Notes: generated by a model not told the origin, from the letters alone. DNA of 64,000 nt from Pocillopora verrucosa (GCF_036669915.1 NC_089312.1:187991-251990); one strand, 5' to 3'; positions 1 to 11,465 are shown, counted from the stretch's first letter. Translations and numbers: made by a program.

Positions 1-1288
1 AACATTGAAGCGTTCAACATCTGGCATTCCTAAAAGTTCTCTGAATGTATTGACTCTTTGCATGATTGCATGATATAAACTGTCCTGTAGGGATGTGAAC
101 AATGCATTAGTTATGTCATACCACAGAGAGTGGCACAAGGTGCATGTAAAATATTTTGTACAATAATGTTGCAGACAAGCCAATTTTACAAATAATTATA
201 TTTTCTGCAATTAACTATAACCAAAGCCAATAAGCAAGAAGTGTCACTATGAAAGTAAAGCATTATAATAATGGTTTTTCTTTTTATTAACCTATGTCCT
301 GTTGTTGATAAACTATCATTAGATGACCTGAACAAACAAACAAATTCAATTTGCACTGCTTTCACAATATTTTTGAACAGTTACATTTCTCATGCATATC
401 TCTTAATTATCAGTAAGTCTCAAAATTCTGATGAAACTCTGAAAGTCCAGGGTAAAATTAATTTAAGAAGCGGGTTAAATCTTTCAAAAAAAAATCATCT
501 GTAGCTCAAAATTTCAAAATGTATTCAGCAAATTTTAGCTATTTTCATGCTAAGATTTTTGAGCCAAGTTTGGATGAGGCTTGATCACTTTCTGCAATTC
601 ATCACTGTCATTGGATCTTGAAGAAAAATTTGTCTTTTAAAGTAGTTTATAGGTCATAACTGAGACGCTTATTTCCTTTCATCAAAAACTTTTTCCCAAA
701 GTTACCCACATGTAGATAACATTGCAACAAAAAGCTCTTTTCATTCAAAAATAAGGTGCTAACTTAAAAGAATTTGTTGACAAAATATAGCAAAAAATAA
801 TTTTTCCGCAAAGTTAGGTCAACATTAGTGGAATTTTTAATTTTTTGTTTCCGTTTTTACTCCTTTTGAATGTCACTCAAAAGATGACATTTTCATTTCT
901 AAAACAAAGGGCAACTTGGTTTACCAATATCAAGGAACTTCTATTGTGACAGTCATGGACACTTTTTCCTCTTTCATTGTAGTAGCGATGAGAAGTTTTG
1001 AATAAATTATCAATATGTGTTTATTTCAAAACAAACAGGAAAAACCAGCCAGTCTCAAAATACAGCTGAAACTCTGTAGGTTATCGGTAAAATTCACTAA
1101 AAAATCAGGTTAAACCTTGCAAATTGGAATTACAACAGTTATCTGTATCTCAAAATTTCCCTTCCATAACATACCTGCCCCGTAAATGTATGTGGAATGA
1201 AACTGTGAAACAAGAACTCAACAAGGACTTCATATATATATGCATAGATCTAACGTGCAACGTAAAAAGTGAATGAGTCCTACTTTAC

Positions 1289-1498
1289 CTGCTTGTTGTT
1301 TGCATAGAACTCCAGTAATGATGGAAAAAGCGGTAGAATGACTGTAAAAGCTAGGAGATCGATGAGAAGGGAGAAGAAAACAATCCATACTGTTCGATCT
1401 GATGACAAAACTTTAGAGTTTTCGGATTCGTGTTTCTCTTTATCAGCTCTCTTATCTGGTAAGTTTGAAGCCCTGTTTTTGAGCGTGTTCGTCTCCAT
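1289..1498 (-). CDS. MFSD10: First coding exon (70 aa) of an MFSD10-like major facilitator superfamily transporter. The remaining exons were not found and probably lie beyond the window start.
   Basis: ATG at 1498 on the minus strand. The translation METNTLKNRASNLPDKRADKEKHESENSKVLSSDRTVWIVFFSLLIDLLAFTVILPLFPSLLEFYANNKQ matches the first transmembrane helix of human MFSD10 (VVFLGLLLDLLAFTLLLPLLPGLLES). The exon ends at a CAG|GTAAAG donor. Confidence 0.55.
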
Positions 1499-2233
1499 AG
1501 CGTGCTGTCGTGCCTCGCCGAAAGAAAGACTTCTGTTTCACAAGTTAACGTTTCGTTAGCATTGAAAAGGAAATGACTGTCCTCTGGTGTTTAAAGCTTT
1601 GTGTATAGTGTCTCGGTGTCACGAAAGTTTGACGTAAATCTTTGTTCAAGAGATAATAGGGTCAATTCGCCGCAAATGAGTTGTTACATATTCATAAGCA
1701 ATATCAATATAAGCAATATAGTGACTAAGCTTTCCAAAAAAGACTGATGGGCCCTTTCTTAATTGGGAAAAAACATTGGACCGCTAAAGTGCCATGCGAA
1801 GGAAATCCACCTTTACCGGCAATACAGAGCAGTGGGCGCAGAACCATCAGGCGTTCCATGTTTGGCATGTTGCAAAAAAAAATAAATAAAAAAGAGCTCC
1901 GAGTTCACCCGACCAATCCCGAACTTCATACGAGCACTTACAGAAAAAAAACTTGCTTCAGTGCTTTCTATTAAAAAAAAAAAAAAATTCGATTGAAGCG
2001 TGTTTTCAACGATCACTCGCTAGTCCAGCATTTATCAGTAATTTAGATAAGCAAGGTAACAGCAGGTTTTTAAAGTTAATTGTGGTAATCGGGGAAACTC
2101 GGAGGCCTGTGTGGGAGGTACGATCCCATGAGGCCTACCGGCGCGAAAAGGAAACGGAAGACACACACAGTCACTAACTGCACACACTGTGCTCGACAAT
2201 AGAGACAAGACTGCAAGATATGGCTAGAAATAC
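1499..2233. promoter_or_regulatory. Divergent (head-to-head) promoter region shared by the MFSD10-like gene (minus) and the INPP5A-like gene (plus).
   Basis: The two start codons are 735 bp apart on opposite strands. The interval contains a GC-rich block (2090..2170) and A/T homopolymers, including A15 at 1975..1990. Confidence 0.35.
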
Positions 2234-2302
2234 ATGAGTATGGGAGAACATCTAGTGCCTGTGTTGTTTATAACAGCAAATGTGGGTTCAGTGTTCGAAA
2301 AT
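2234..2302 (+). CDS. INPP5A: INPP5A-like exon 1.
   Basis: MSMGEHLVPVLFITANVGSVFEN, matching human LLVTANVGSLFDD. Donor GTGAGT at 2303. Confidence 0.8.
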
Positions 2303-2598
2303 GTGAGTTATATTCCAGACACCACTGATGTTATTTGTTGTTCTTTAATACCGTTGATGTTGTCAATGTCCTGCTTGCCTTTAGATTTGATGCACGAAGA
2401 TTCACCTCGCCATTTACCTTACTAATGCTCCAAAATTTTAAATAAACTTCTTTTTTAATTGCGAATTCATAATTAAATATAAAATGTTCTTTATTGCGTT
2501 GGTGTCCAACTTGTTTACAAAAGGAGGCTCTCAACTTTATTCCCATGTTGGTAATTATCAACAACTTATACCTGATAATTTTGTTGTTTTCGTTGTAG

Positions 2599-2640
2599 CG
2601 AGATGGTTTGGAGGAGCGCTGGATTCGAGAAACAGTGACT
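2599..2640 (+). CDS. INPP5A: INPP5A-like exon 2.
   Basis: RDGLEERWIRETVT, matching human ENLQKNWLREFYQV. Acceptor ttgtag, donor GTAAGT. Confidence 0.75.
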
Positions 2641-2798
2641 GTAAGTAGGTTATTAGGGGTCTATGAACAAAAGTGAAAGGTCGAGTTAACTTTTTGTTCT
2701 TTTACATGCATGAAATTTGTAAAATCCACTTTGCGAAATTCTTGTGGTATTATACTGTTGATCGATCTGTGCAATCTTTTTGGGATTCTCATTGGTAG

Positions 2799-2902
2799 AC
2801 TGTAACAAGATTCAAGCCAAAGTTAGTAGCACTTCATTTTCAAGAAAGTGGAGGGAAAGATTCAGGCGAAGAATCCTTAGAAAAAGTTAAAGAATTTGTC
2901 CG
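2799..2902 (+). CDS. INPP5A: INPP5A-like exon 3.
   Basis: TVTRFKPKLVALHFQESGGKDSGEESLEKVKEFV, matching human HTHKPHFMALHCQEFGGKNYEASMSHVDKFVKEL. Donor GTGAGA. Confidence 0.8.
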
Positions 2903-3023
2903 GTGAGAATTAATCAGAAGATGGATGCCCTCAATTTCTGTTTAATGTGAAAATTTGTTGTGGATATATTAGTAGGACTTTGAAAGCGTATTGTAATCGA
3001 ATCATTTTTGTTATGTGATTTAG

Positions 3024-3114
3024 GATCTTCATCGATCAATCACTGCTGAAAGAAAAATTCGACAAAGTGCGAGCATGGTTCGATCAAGATTATCGTACAA
3101 AAGAACAATATACG
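3024..3114 (+). CDS. INPP5A: INPP5A-like exon 4.
   Basis: (R)IFIDQSLLKEKFDKVRAWFDQDYRTKEQYT, matching human LLSSDAMKEYNRARVYLDENYKSQEHFT. Donor GTGAGC. Confidence 0.8.
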
Positions 3115-4576
3115 GTGAGCACTATTGAAGGTCCAAAGAAATAATTTTTACTGTTCTGTTTGTCTCGTTTAATAAACCCTAATTACCAGGGTGAAATTTT
3201 ATTTAATTTCTATTATTATGAAAACAGATTGTACTGTCGCGAGTTGGGAATTTTGTGGCATTTAACTTAAACGAAAATCAGCGTAGTGCTACAGGCATGT
3301 TGGCTCTTTGTCAGTTTTTTGTTTTGGTTCCTTCACTTGTAGAATAATTGATGTTTAAAGTAATTGATTAGACACCACAATTTATCGTGTTTTTTTTTCA
3401 CGAATAAGTTGACGGTTTATTAGTATTGGGGCATCAATGACTGCTCCTATATTGGAAAAAAAGAAAACATTTAAAAATTAACAAGCTTGTAAATCCAATT
3501 CCATCATCCTTTGGGGCTGCTCATGGGTTTGTGTACATAGAGCATAAGCCTTTATTATTTTGAATTAAATTGTGTTTGGATAGCCCACCTTTAAACCATG
3601 TGAACTGTAGCAGCATTTTGTACCTTCTGCATGGAAAATGTTTCATTTTAAACATTATTAACTTCAGTTAGAAAAAAAAAAGGAGAGAGAGAGAGAAATT
3701 ATTGCACATTTTTCTTTAATTTATGACTGTTTGGAGTAGTTCCTGGCACAGTCTCAAGCATATCAAGGAAATGCACTGTGTTAAATACTTTGCTTTGACA
3801 AGGATTTAAAGGGATTTAAGGGATAGAGATGTACTACTAGCTCATTGCATTACTTCAAATCAACCATCTTGGTTTAAGTCAGAGAATAATACTTTCTCCT
3901 AACACTCGACACTTAAAGAAAATTATGTTTGAAGCTGAAAATAGTTGCAACCAAGGCATGACATCTATTGTGTTGGTGGAAGAAATCTATGCTTATTCTA
4001 ATGGAAAGCCAAAGATTATTACAGAATTTTTAGATGAATTGCAGACATATACAATCATGCAGATGATTTGAGATATCCCAAATCAATACCATCTTACAAG
4101 CTAAAAAAAATGCTTATCCATAGCTATGAGTTTTTCAATCATATTTAATTACATTTATTTGAAATTGTTTTAAAATACCCCACAGATCAAAGACATGTCA
4201 CATTGTCCATGCTTTTTGGTTTTACATACCCTGTAGTGAAAGATTACCTTAGAAGGGTTTGTTATTGTGATATTTGTTGAACAGTTTTATTTTGTAAACA
4301 GGCTCTTGGCTGTATATATCTGGTAAGCAAGTCTTTAGAGGATGTGTTTCTCTGGAATTTCAAAGGTAAATTCTCTCTTTGATGGCAGTGTGATCCATTT
4401 GGTGTGAAATAATAACTCACCTCATAAGAAAACTGTGAGTTTAAGAGAGTTGAACAAAAACTTCTAAAAGAAAGCAATTGGATCTTGCAGAGCTACTTAT
4501 GGTAATTGCAACAGCACATTTAACTAGTCAGGCAGTTGTGTAAATTCTATACCTGTAAACAATTATTTTGATTTAG

Positions 4577-4662
4577 GAAACTCAATGAGGTTGTTTTTAT
4601 TTCTTTTTTTCACACTTTTAAAATCTGAAGAATCTACATTCTCCAAGGTTGAGGGAGAAGAG
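4577..4662 (+). CDS. INPP5A: INPP5A-like exon 5. The 5' boundary and phase are unresolved.
   Basis: The frame NSMRLFLFLFFTLLKSEESTFSKVEGEE aligns with human FYFLHESLKNIYQF...KVAGKE, and its donor GTGAGT is in phase with exon 6. The exon-4 donor and the tttag acceptor disagree by one nucleotide of phase, and the exon contains a T7 homopolymer. Confidence 0.5.
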
Positions 4663-5152
4663 GTGAGTGCATTAACATTTCTGCATAGAGTTTATTTACC
4701 AAAAGCTTAACTAGCAGTTGAATCTGGAATCTTTTTACCATGTAAGTACTGGCTAAGCTACAGAAGCCAGTCTTCCAAAAACTTATAAACTGATATATTT
4801 TGATGTACCATACATGTATTTTGCTTGAAATGCATGTGTAGTTGCATAAGATATCAATAAAGGCATACTATCAGTATTGACAATTATATTGCTTACAGGT
4901 GTATAATGATAAAGATGTAATTCTATTTGCATAATTGTAGACAGAGTTAACTTAAATTTCATGAGAAATTGTAAACAGAGATTGTGTCATGCAGAACAGG
5001 AACACATGTTACCTTAGTAAAGTGTCAACAAGCTCTATTATATTCTTGGCTCCTTTGGCATACTATATACTGAATAAACTGTAATTTAAAAATTTTTATT
5101 ATTAGTTACCTGGTAAGAGTATTTTTGATCAACTAATCCTTGCTGGTTTTAG

Positions 5153-5224
5153 ATACAAGTGGGAAATCTGACAGATGTCCCTTTCCTGGAGAAAGAAAAA
5201 TTTCCACTGGATTTTTTCCCCCAG
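5153..5224 (+). CDS. INPP5A: INPP5A-like exon 6.
   Basis: IQVGNLTDVPFLEKEKFPLDFFPQ, matching human IYSDTLESTPMLEKEKFPQDYFPE. Donor GTACAC. Confidence 0.85.
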
Positions 5225-6005
5225 GTACACTTTCAATAGTTCTTTAATTAAAAGTCTTTACAAGACATAATTATTTTGAATTTAATCACAAGGAAAGGGC
5301 TTTAACAAACCAATCAGGTCATAGATACAACAAAGGCATCACTGTTTACATGCTGCATTGTTACTCTATTTCACTCCATGGAAAGTGAAATGAGTTGTTA
5401 AAGTGATTCCTCACAAAAAAAAATTTATTCAACAATTTTTGTTTAAACTTCCCTCAAATGTTCGTTACCAATTTATCTGTTTTGAAAAATACAATAAAAA
5501 AGATGTGTCACCATGCTTGTTTAGGAGTTATAGTGGGTCAAACTTACCCCATTTATGCCTGTACTGGCACTTATCACTCATGTTATTTTATCAGTTCACT
5601 ATATATTTTGCTGCAGCTGGAAGCAAGGGTTTTTAAAGTAATACTTAAAAAAAAAAACTTAGTAGGTTGAATATCTGGATTGTATGGAACAAATTGAAAT
5701 ATAATTTGTGGGAAAGTTACACAAATTTAAATGACATTGACTCAAAATGTTCCTTGAGTCATTCCTGTCCAGGTCATAATTTGTATCATTGAATTAAGGG
5801 TTTTGCGCACACTTTTAGCTTTATCTTTTTCCATTTGAATAATCTTTTTTTTATTTCCCCTATTTAAGGGGGATAATTTGTACACCAATTTGTAAGGTGT
5901 GCTTGTTGGGCCCTTTTGGCTATCTATCATGTCATATCCCAGGGGCACTTGTGGAATAATTGTTAAGTTTCACACTTAAACATTATTTTTTTATTGTTTC
6001 TGCAG

Positions 6006-6058
6006 TTCAAATGGTCACGGAAGGGCTTCATGAGGACAAGGTGGAAGATCAACAAGTG
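6006..6058 (+). CDS. INPP5A: INPP5A-like exon 7.
   Basis: FKWSRKGFMRTRWKINK, matching human CKWSRKGFIRTRWCIAD. Donor GTAAGA. Confidence 0.85.
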
Positions 6059-7127
6059 GTAAGATCATCAGTTTATTTGCACATGAAAGTTATTTTGGCT
6101 AAATCCTCTGAGAAATTCAAAACCCCAGTTAAAGAATTGTAACTTATTGTTAAACAAGGTGTTTCAGCTAAATACAGCCCTGTACTGTATGGCTTGCCAC
6201 CATCATCAAATGCAAATAATATATAGATTTAGCCAAGCCTAAAAGTGGAGCTTGCATTTTTTTTCCCTGCATGTCTCAAGGGCACAATGCCTTGCCCCAG
6301 CCAGGACTAGAACTCGGGTTGTCCAACTCAGAGCCTAGTGCACTTACCGCTGGACTACTGAACAAAGCCGTGGTGTTGGTGTGCCCGCAGTACAGTTGAC
6401 CACGCATGTTAAAAGTAGCACCTTGTACGGTCGTACGGTCGTACATCCAAATTTTTTCAGCTTCATGAGTTACTACTATTTTGTATAATTATGGGACTAC
6501 GCTTTGTGAGCTCCACTATTAAATAGTTAGCAGAGACTGAGAAGGCAAAACAGCCATATGGCTTATTGCCCCTGGCTTTTAGAAGTTTTGGGTCATTTAT
6601 AAAAAGTATGGGCCATTACAGTAATAGGGTGGGCTATATCTTGTGTTCTGTGAGTGGATTTTTTGATATGTCATATCTTTATTTATGTTCCATATAAGTA
6701 TGATGCATAGCCTTCCCAATCTCTGAGTTAGTGAGAATGTATATTGAAATGATACCATTATATGACACTGGAATAGTAACTTGATGAGGAACTGCTGGAG
6801 ATGAGTAGACATTTCTAACAGTTTCTATGCAAGTCACTGTTAGAGTCAGAGAAATTGTTCATTTAGTTCTCTACATTCCTTCCTTTTTCTTTACATTTTT
6901 GTCCATAGTTACTAATGGGTAATTCATTTATTTGCATTTTTCAGATTGATGTAACTTATCATAACTAGGGCACCAAGTTTTACTATTCTTAAATGTTTGA
7001 ATGAAATATTCCATGATTTGCAATTATGTTCTATGATTTCTGGTTCAATTTACATGAATAAAGTCATGTTTGTCATTCTGTACAGAATCATGTTTTTATA
7101 CAGTTTGCTCTGTACTTTATTTGACAG

Positions 7128-7191
7128 TGTGTTTGATTTGCTCAATATTCACCTTTTTCATGATGCTTCAAACCTGGTATCCATTGAGGTG
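7128..7191 (+). CDS. INPP5A: INPP5A-like exon 8.
   Basis: (C)VFDLLNIHLFHDASNLVSIEV, matching human CAFDLVNIHLFHDASNLVAWE. Donor GTAAGT. Confidence 0.85.
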
Positions 7192-7345
7192 GTAAGTTAG
7201 GTTTCACTGATCACTTTCAACTATTAGTTTGTTGTATTGATGCTCAAATTGAATAAAAATGAAAATTTAGTTTGTCCCAAGATTGATGGTTATTCTCTTT
7301 TTTATTTTTGTATTATAATAATAATTATTATTTTTTAATTATCAG

Positions 7346-7401
7346 ACTCCATCAGTGTACAGTAAAAATCGCATGAGAGCTCTTGATCATGTGTTGGACA
7401 G
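7346..7401 (+). CDS. INPP5A: INPP5A-like exon 9.
   Basis: TPSVYSKNRMRALDHVLD(R), matching human TSPSVYSGIRHKALGYVLDR. Donor GTGAGC. Confidence 0.85.
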
Positions 7402-7429
7402 GTGAGCTGATCAGTCATTTTTTTGTGTA

Positions 7430-8111
7430 CACTCTAAGCTAGATTTCACTTGGTTTTGGCATGATAAGTATTACTTTTTATTCTGATCTATGGTTCCTAA
7501 GGAGTTACTTTGTGACTTTAATATCTGAGTTAATTTGTACTGGATGCGCTGTTCATCTCTTGGTTTTGGCAGAATGAGTATTACTTTTATTCTAACTTAT
7601 AGTTCCTTAGGAGATACTTTTTTTGCTTAAATCTAAGAATTGGAAACTTAATATCCACTGGCTGCCTTATGCCTAAGTTGGTTTCAGATCGAGACCAGGT
7701 ACCAATACATCTTTTTATGACTGGGCTCTTTGTCCTGTTTTAAATAAAAGCTATCTCATAAGAAGTGGATTTGCCAATTAAAAATAAAAAACCCTCATGG
7801 TGAACAAGGACAGTAAGAAAATTTATTGAAACAGATAGCATGAACATAATTGTAGCTGAAACAGGGCTAAGATTTTTTTGTAAAATGCATTTTGTGGTTT
7901 TGACAGAATGAGTATTACTTTGATTCTAACTGATAGTTCCTTAGCAGATACTTGGTGACTTTAATATCTAACTTAACTTGTACTGGATGCACTGTTCATC
8001 TCTTGGTTTTGGCAGAATAAGTATTACTTTTTATTCTAACCTATAGTTCCTCAGGAGATACTTAGTGACTAACCCTAACTGTCAATCCTATTTATCTCTT
8101 GGTTTTGGCAG
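7430..8111 (+). repeat. Tandem repeat in INPP5A intron 9, about 4 units of 110 bp, each carrying a copy of the 3' splice-acceptor sequence.
   Basis: The unit tggttttggcagaatgagtattacttt..tatagttccttaggagatact..gtgactttaatatctgagttaatttgtactggatgcgctgttcatctct recurs at about 7430, 7561, 7897 and 8005. The final ttggttttggcag is the functional acceptor of exon 10. Confidence 0.7.
7631..7898 (+). mobile_element. Non-autonomous interspersed repeat (SINE/MITE-like, about 270 bp), copy 1, inserted inside one unit of the intron-9 tandem repeat.
   Basis: About 88% identical to 11466..11765: atctaag(a/g)attggaaacttaatatccactg...gggctctttgtcctgtttyaaataaaag...aaacagggctragatttttttgtaaaatgcattttgt. 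Confidence 0.65.
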
Positions 8112-8196
8112 AATAACAAAGAGTTCAATTCCTGTAGTTCCCCATACATTATTTGGTGACTTCAACTTCAGACTTGACAACAAGAGAGTGGTGGAG
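8112..8196 (+). CDS. INPP5A: INPP5A-like exon 10 (catalytic GDFNFRLD motif).
   Basis: ITKSSIPVVPHTLFGDFNFRLDNKRVVE, matching human KVSYFVFGDFNFRLDSKSVVE. The acceptor is the last copy of a reiterated ttggttttggcag. Confidence 0.85.
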
Positions 8197-8397
8197 GTAC
8201 AGTATAGATGTTATGAAAAAAAAATACATATATACAAGCAGTTTAAGTGTGCACAAGATACTCCAGCCTTTGATTAATGCACAAATCATAATATACTACC
8301 ATATGACTGCACACATAGAGTCCTGTAACTAACCATGGTTGGCTATATGTGGTGATGCAATTGGCTTAACCATCATTAGTTTTTTTGGATTTTACAG

Positions 8398-8493
8398 GCT
8401 CTCTGTGCTGGTCTTCCACAGCAACATATCAGGAAGGAAGGTGAGAGTACTCCTTCAAAGATCATCTACAGGGACAGAAAGAAGGCTGATAAG
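8398..8493 (+). CDS. INPP5A: INPP5A-like exon 11.
   Basis: ALCAGLPQQHIRKEGESTPSKIIYRDRKKADK, matching human TLCTKATMQTVRAADTNEVVKLIFRESDNDRK. Donor GTAAAT. Confidence 0.8.
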
Positions 8494-8815
8494 GTAAATA
8501 CATGTAGATTGTGAATATTGAGCTGACACAAGGTAGTTTCCCTTTCACATGGCTCACATTTAGCAAAAAGGACAGAATACTTTCATTGATGCTCTGTAGG
8601 AGGCTGAGATTTTATTGCTGACAGAATACAGGTACACTAGATCTGGACACTTTCAGATTATTATGATTGTACCTCTGTTGTTTTTAAGTTTGTTTGTTAT
8701 GACTGGCTCTTTTTATTATTACTAATGGTAAAAATTATGTTTTCATTATCAATTAATGAATGGCCTGAATGTATGATGTACTTTGTTTTTTGATTTTTGT
8801 TTTTTTGTTTGACAG

Positions 8816-8964
8816 GTTTTCCTTACACTGGAACCTCGAATTTTCAAGTTTCATGACCAAAGTATATTTCGATACCACAATGGAAAGAAGTTTTCAAAGT
8901 ACAACAGAGAATTTGATGTCTTCAAAGACAGACTGTTTGAGTTTGATATTTCATTCTATCCAAG
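8816..8964 (+). CDS. INPP5A: INPP5A-like exon 12.
   Basis: VFLTLEPRIFKFHDQSIFRYHNGKKFSKYNREFDVFKDRLFEFDISFYP, matching human VMLQLEKKLFDYFNQEVFRDNNGTALLEFDKELSVFKDRLYELDISFPP. Confidence 0.85.
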
Positions 8965-9283
8965 GTAAAAGCTATTACCATTTAATAGATTGTATATTTA
9001 ACCAGTGAAATGTGTAAGGCATTTTATCAAGTTAGAGGTGAGTTGTGTGAATCTTGCTGACTAACTAATTAAATCTGAAATGTACAATGTCCAACTTTAT
9101 GATTTTTTCTTAAGTGTAGCGTTTTGTTAACATACACTGCTCATGTATTACTGTTTTTTTTGTCCCTTTGCCTCAGGGAAAAATGTTTTTGTGACTATAG
9201 TATCAAAAGTCCCCCTTGTTTAAAAAAAAATAGGGTACAGTAGCATCAACATGATTAAATATTTCTTGTCTCTTTTTTAATAG

Positions 9284-9334
9284 CTATCCTTTCAGTGAAA
9301 ATGTAAAGGATACAACAGTATATAGTGATTCAAG
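9284..9334 (+). CDS. INPP5A: INPP5A-like exon 13.
   Basis: (S)YPFSENVKDTTVYSDS, matching human SYPYSEDARQGEQYMNT. Donor GTACAT. Confidence 0.8.
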
Positions 9335-9618
9335 GTACATATTTTCAAAATCTTTTATGTAGTGTAAAAAAGAGTGTTTCCTAAATCAGGTCAGAAGTGT
9401 TTCATCTTCATCCATTGTGATAATTTCTCCTTTGAGTACTGGTGCTGTGCAAGTGTATTTTTTTCCTTGTAAAACATTTTAACAAGTCAGAAAGTATGAA
9501 ATACACTGATGAACCAAATCAGTGTTAAGGAAACCAAGATTTCTCCATTATTTTTGCAGAAAAATGAGATTGCTGTTCTTATTAATGTTACTTCCTTCTG
9601 TGATATCAAATATCTCAG

Positions 9619-9679
9619 GTGTCCATCTTGGTGTGACAGAATATTCTTGAGTCACTCAAGCAGAGCCATAATTAACCAG
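9619..9679 (+). CDS. INPP5A: INPP5A-like exon 14.
   Basis: (R)CPSWCDRIFLSHSSRAIINQ, matching human RCPAWCDRILMSPSAKELVL. Donor GTCAGT. Confidence 0.85.
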
Positions 9680-10279
9680 GTCAGTTTTCATAATCTTTAC
9701 TAATTAAGTAATATCTAGGCTGTATTTTCTATGCTGGGAGAACACAATAGTTTTTGTGTGTTCTCTCAAAACCAATAGGAAGAGTGGTCTATTGCCTTCA
9801 TAAAATCTACTTAAAATAAAACACATTTTGTTTTGATTTTCTATGCATTTACTAATGCAATAAAGAGAAAGCACAATTCACAAGCTTCATTTCAATCATC
9901 AGAAGCAATGTTAGTTTCTTCAAGGTAGCTTATTGATCAGCACAGGAGAACTTGTTCCAATAGCAACAGGTGTGTTTTCATAGTATGTAGTAGGGTAGAT
10001 GTGTTGCTGTACTCTACTTGATGTTTAGACAGCAGTCTTTGGATGACACAAATAATGGCCAAGAAAATGATTTAATAAAAAGTCAGAGTGTTATTCAATT
10101 CAGCTAAATATTAATCATATCCAGCATATTGATCACCAGAGCTGAACTGTTCAAAAACCAATTCCACTAAAACCCTGGGCTAGCTGCCATGGAAGTTAAA
10201 TGTTGATTACTTGAGTGCTAACTGAGCTTCAAAGAACTCACCTTAGTATTTGAATGAATGTTTTGTTGTGTTTGATCAG

Positions 10280-10342
10280 AGCAAAGGTTCATCAGTGGTG
10301 TATGACATGATGGGTAAACAAGTCTGTATGGGAGACCACAAG
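10280..10342 (+). CDS. INPP5A: INPP5A-like exon 15.
   Basis: SKGSSVVYDMMGKQVCMGDHK, matching human SEEKVVTYDHIGPNVCMGDHK. Donor GTACAG. Confidence 0.85.
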
Positions 10343-10428
10343 GTACAGTATCTGTTTCAGCCTGAATTATTCTTTTTAGTGGCTTTGGCTTTTTATCAAT
10401 TCTGTCATTTCTTTTGATCCTTCCACAG

Positions 10429-10488
10429 CCTGTATTTCTATATTTTAACTTGGATTCTTCTCAAGACACCCTTTCCCAAGGTTGGTAA
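10429..10488 (+). CDS. INPP5A: INPP5A-like last recognisable coding exon. The C-terminus is uncertain.
   Basis: PVFLYFNLDSSQDTLSQGW followed by a TAA stop. The start matches human PVFLAFRI, but no C-terminal CaaX (CCVVQ in human) is encoded. A possible weak donor (TTG|GTAAAT at about 10484) could lead to an unrecognised downstream exon. Confidence 0.55.
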   Translation, partial: PVFLYFNLDSSQDTLSQGW

Positions 10489-11465
10489 ATATTTAACTTT
10501 TGCTTCAGTTTGAGTTTTTCCAGGGAGCTGTTGATGTAAGTCATTCAATTTGAACATAGCACTCCTAATGTTTTACTGGTCTACAATTCAACATTTGCGC
10601 ACTTTTTAAAACCTCTTACAGGTGGACCTGGACTCGTCAGAAATGGTGGACCTGTTGAAATTGTAGAGTATTTAACAAGTGTTTAAGGCTTCACAATTTT
10701 CTGTCACATATGGAGTTTTAACCATTCAAAATTATGCTCTCCATGTGCAGTAATTCAGTGTTAATTTAAGTCTAAAGCATATTTAGTGCTCTTTTAGCCA
10801 TTAACAGAACTGACTACATTGAAGTAGATGAGATTTGACACCAAGAGGAGTTTCTGTCCTCAGAATCAATAAATTTTCTTGCACAAAGGTGATGTGAAGA
10901 AAGAAACTTAACAATTAGGGGATCTTATTTGATCTGATGCTTAATATCAGAGCTAAAATTATAAGAAATTTATGGCCAAAAGTTTAGAAAATTTTTATTC
11001 AGATTTTAGGAGTAAATCGGTTTGTGAGTGGATTTTAAACAGTTTTTCTTTGCATGGGAAGATTACCTGAGGGCTCTGAAGTTCAAACATAGAACAAACC
11101 GTAGATGGGAAGACAGCATAACCAAAAAAAAAATGAAGAAATAAATCTAACAATGCCTTAGATTATTAATGTTTAAATGATATGAAGAATCATATAGTTA
11201 TGAAGAGGAACAAGATTGTGCCTGAAGAGGTGTAGAAGTGTACTCATGGCCAATGCTAGTGTGGAAGGCATTAAACAGGCTGGGGTTGGGTTATTTAGGA
11301 TATAGGTGCATTCTCTTTGGTTTCCCCCTTTTCTTTGTTTTGATTATTTTCACCCTGCCTATTTTGTTTCTTTTCACACCTTTAGACAGACTAGTGAAAA
11401 GATATAAGTCTTAAAGGCATTCATACTTTGCAGAATTTTTGTTTTGTTTTTGTTTTTTTGCTTCA

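Larger units (their letters stand above)
2234..10488 (+). other. INPP5A: Gene span of a type I inositol polyphosphate 5-phosphatase (INPP5A-like), 16 coding exons.
   Basis: Every exon reads colinearly with human INPP5A across its conserved segments (TANVGS; WSRKGF; NIHLFHDASNLV; FGDFNFRLD; RCPxWCDRI; VCMGDHKPVF), with GT-AG introns. Confidence 0.8.
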
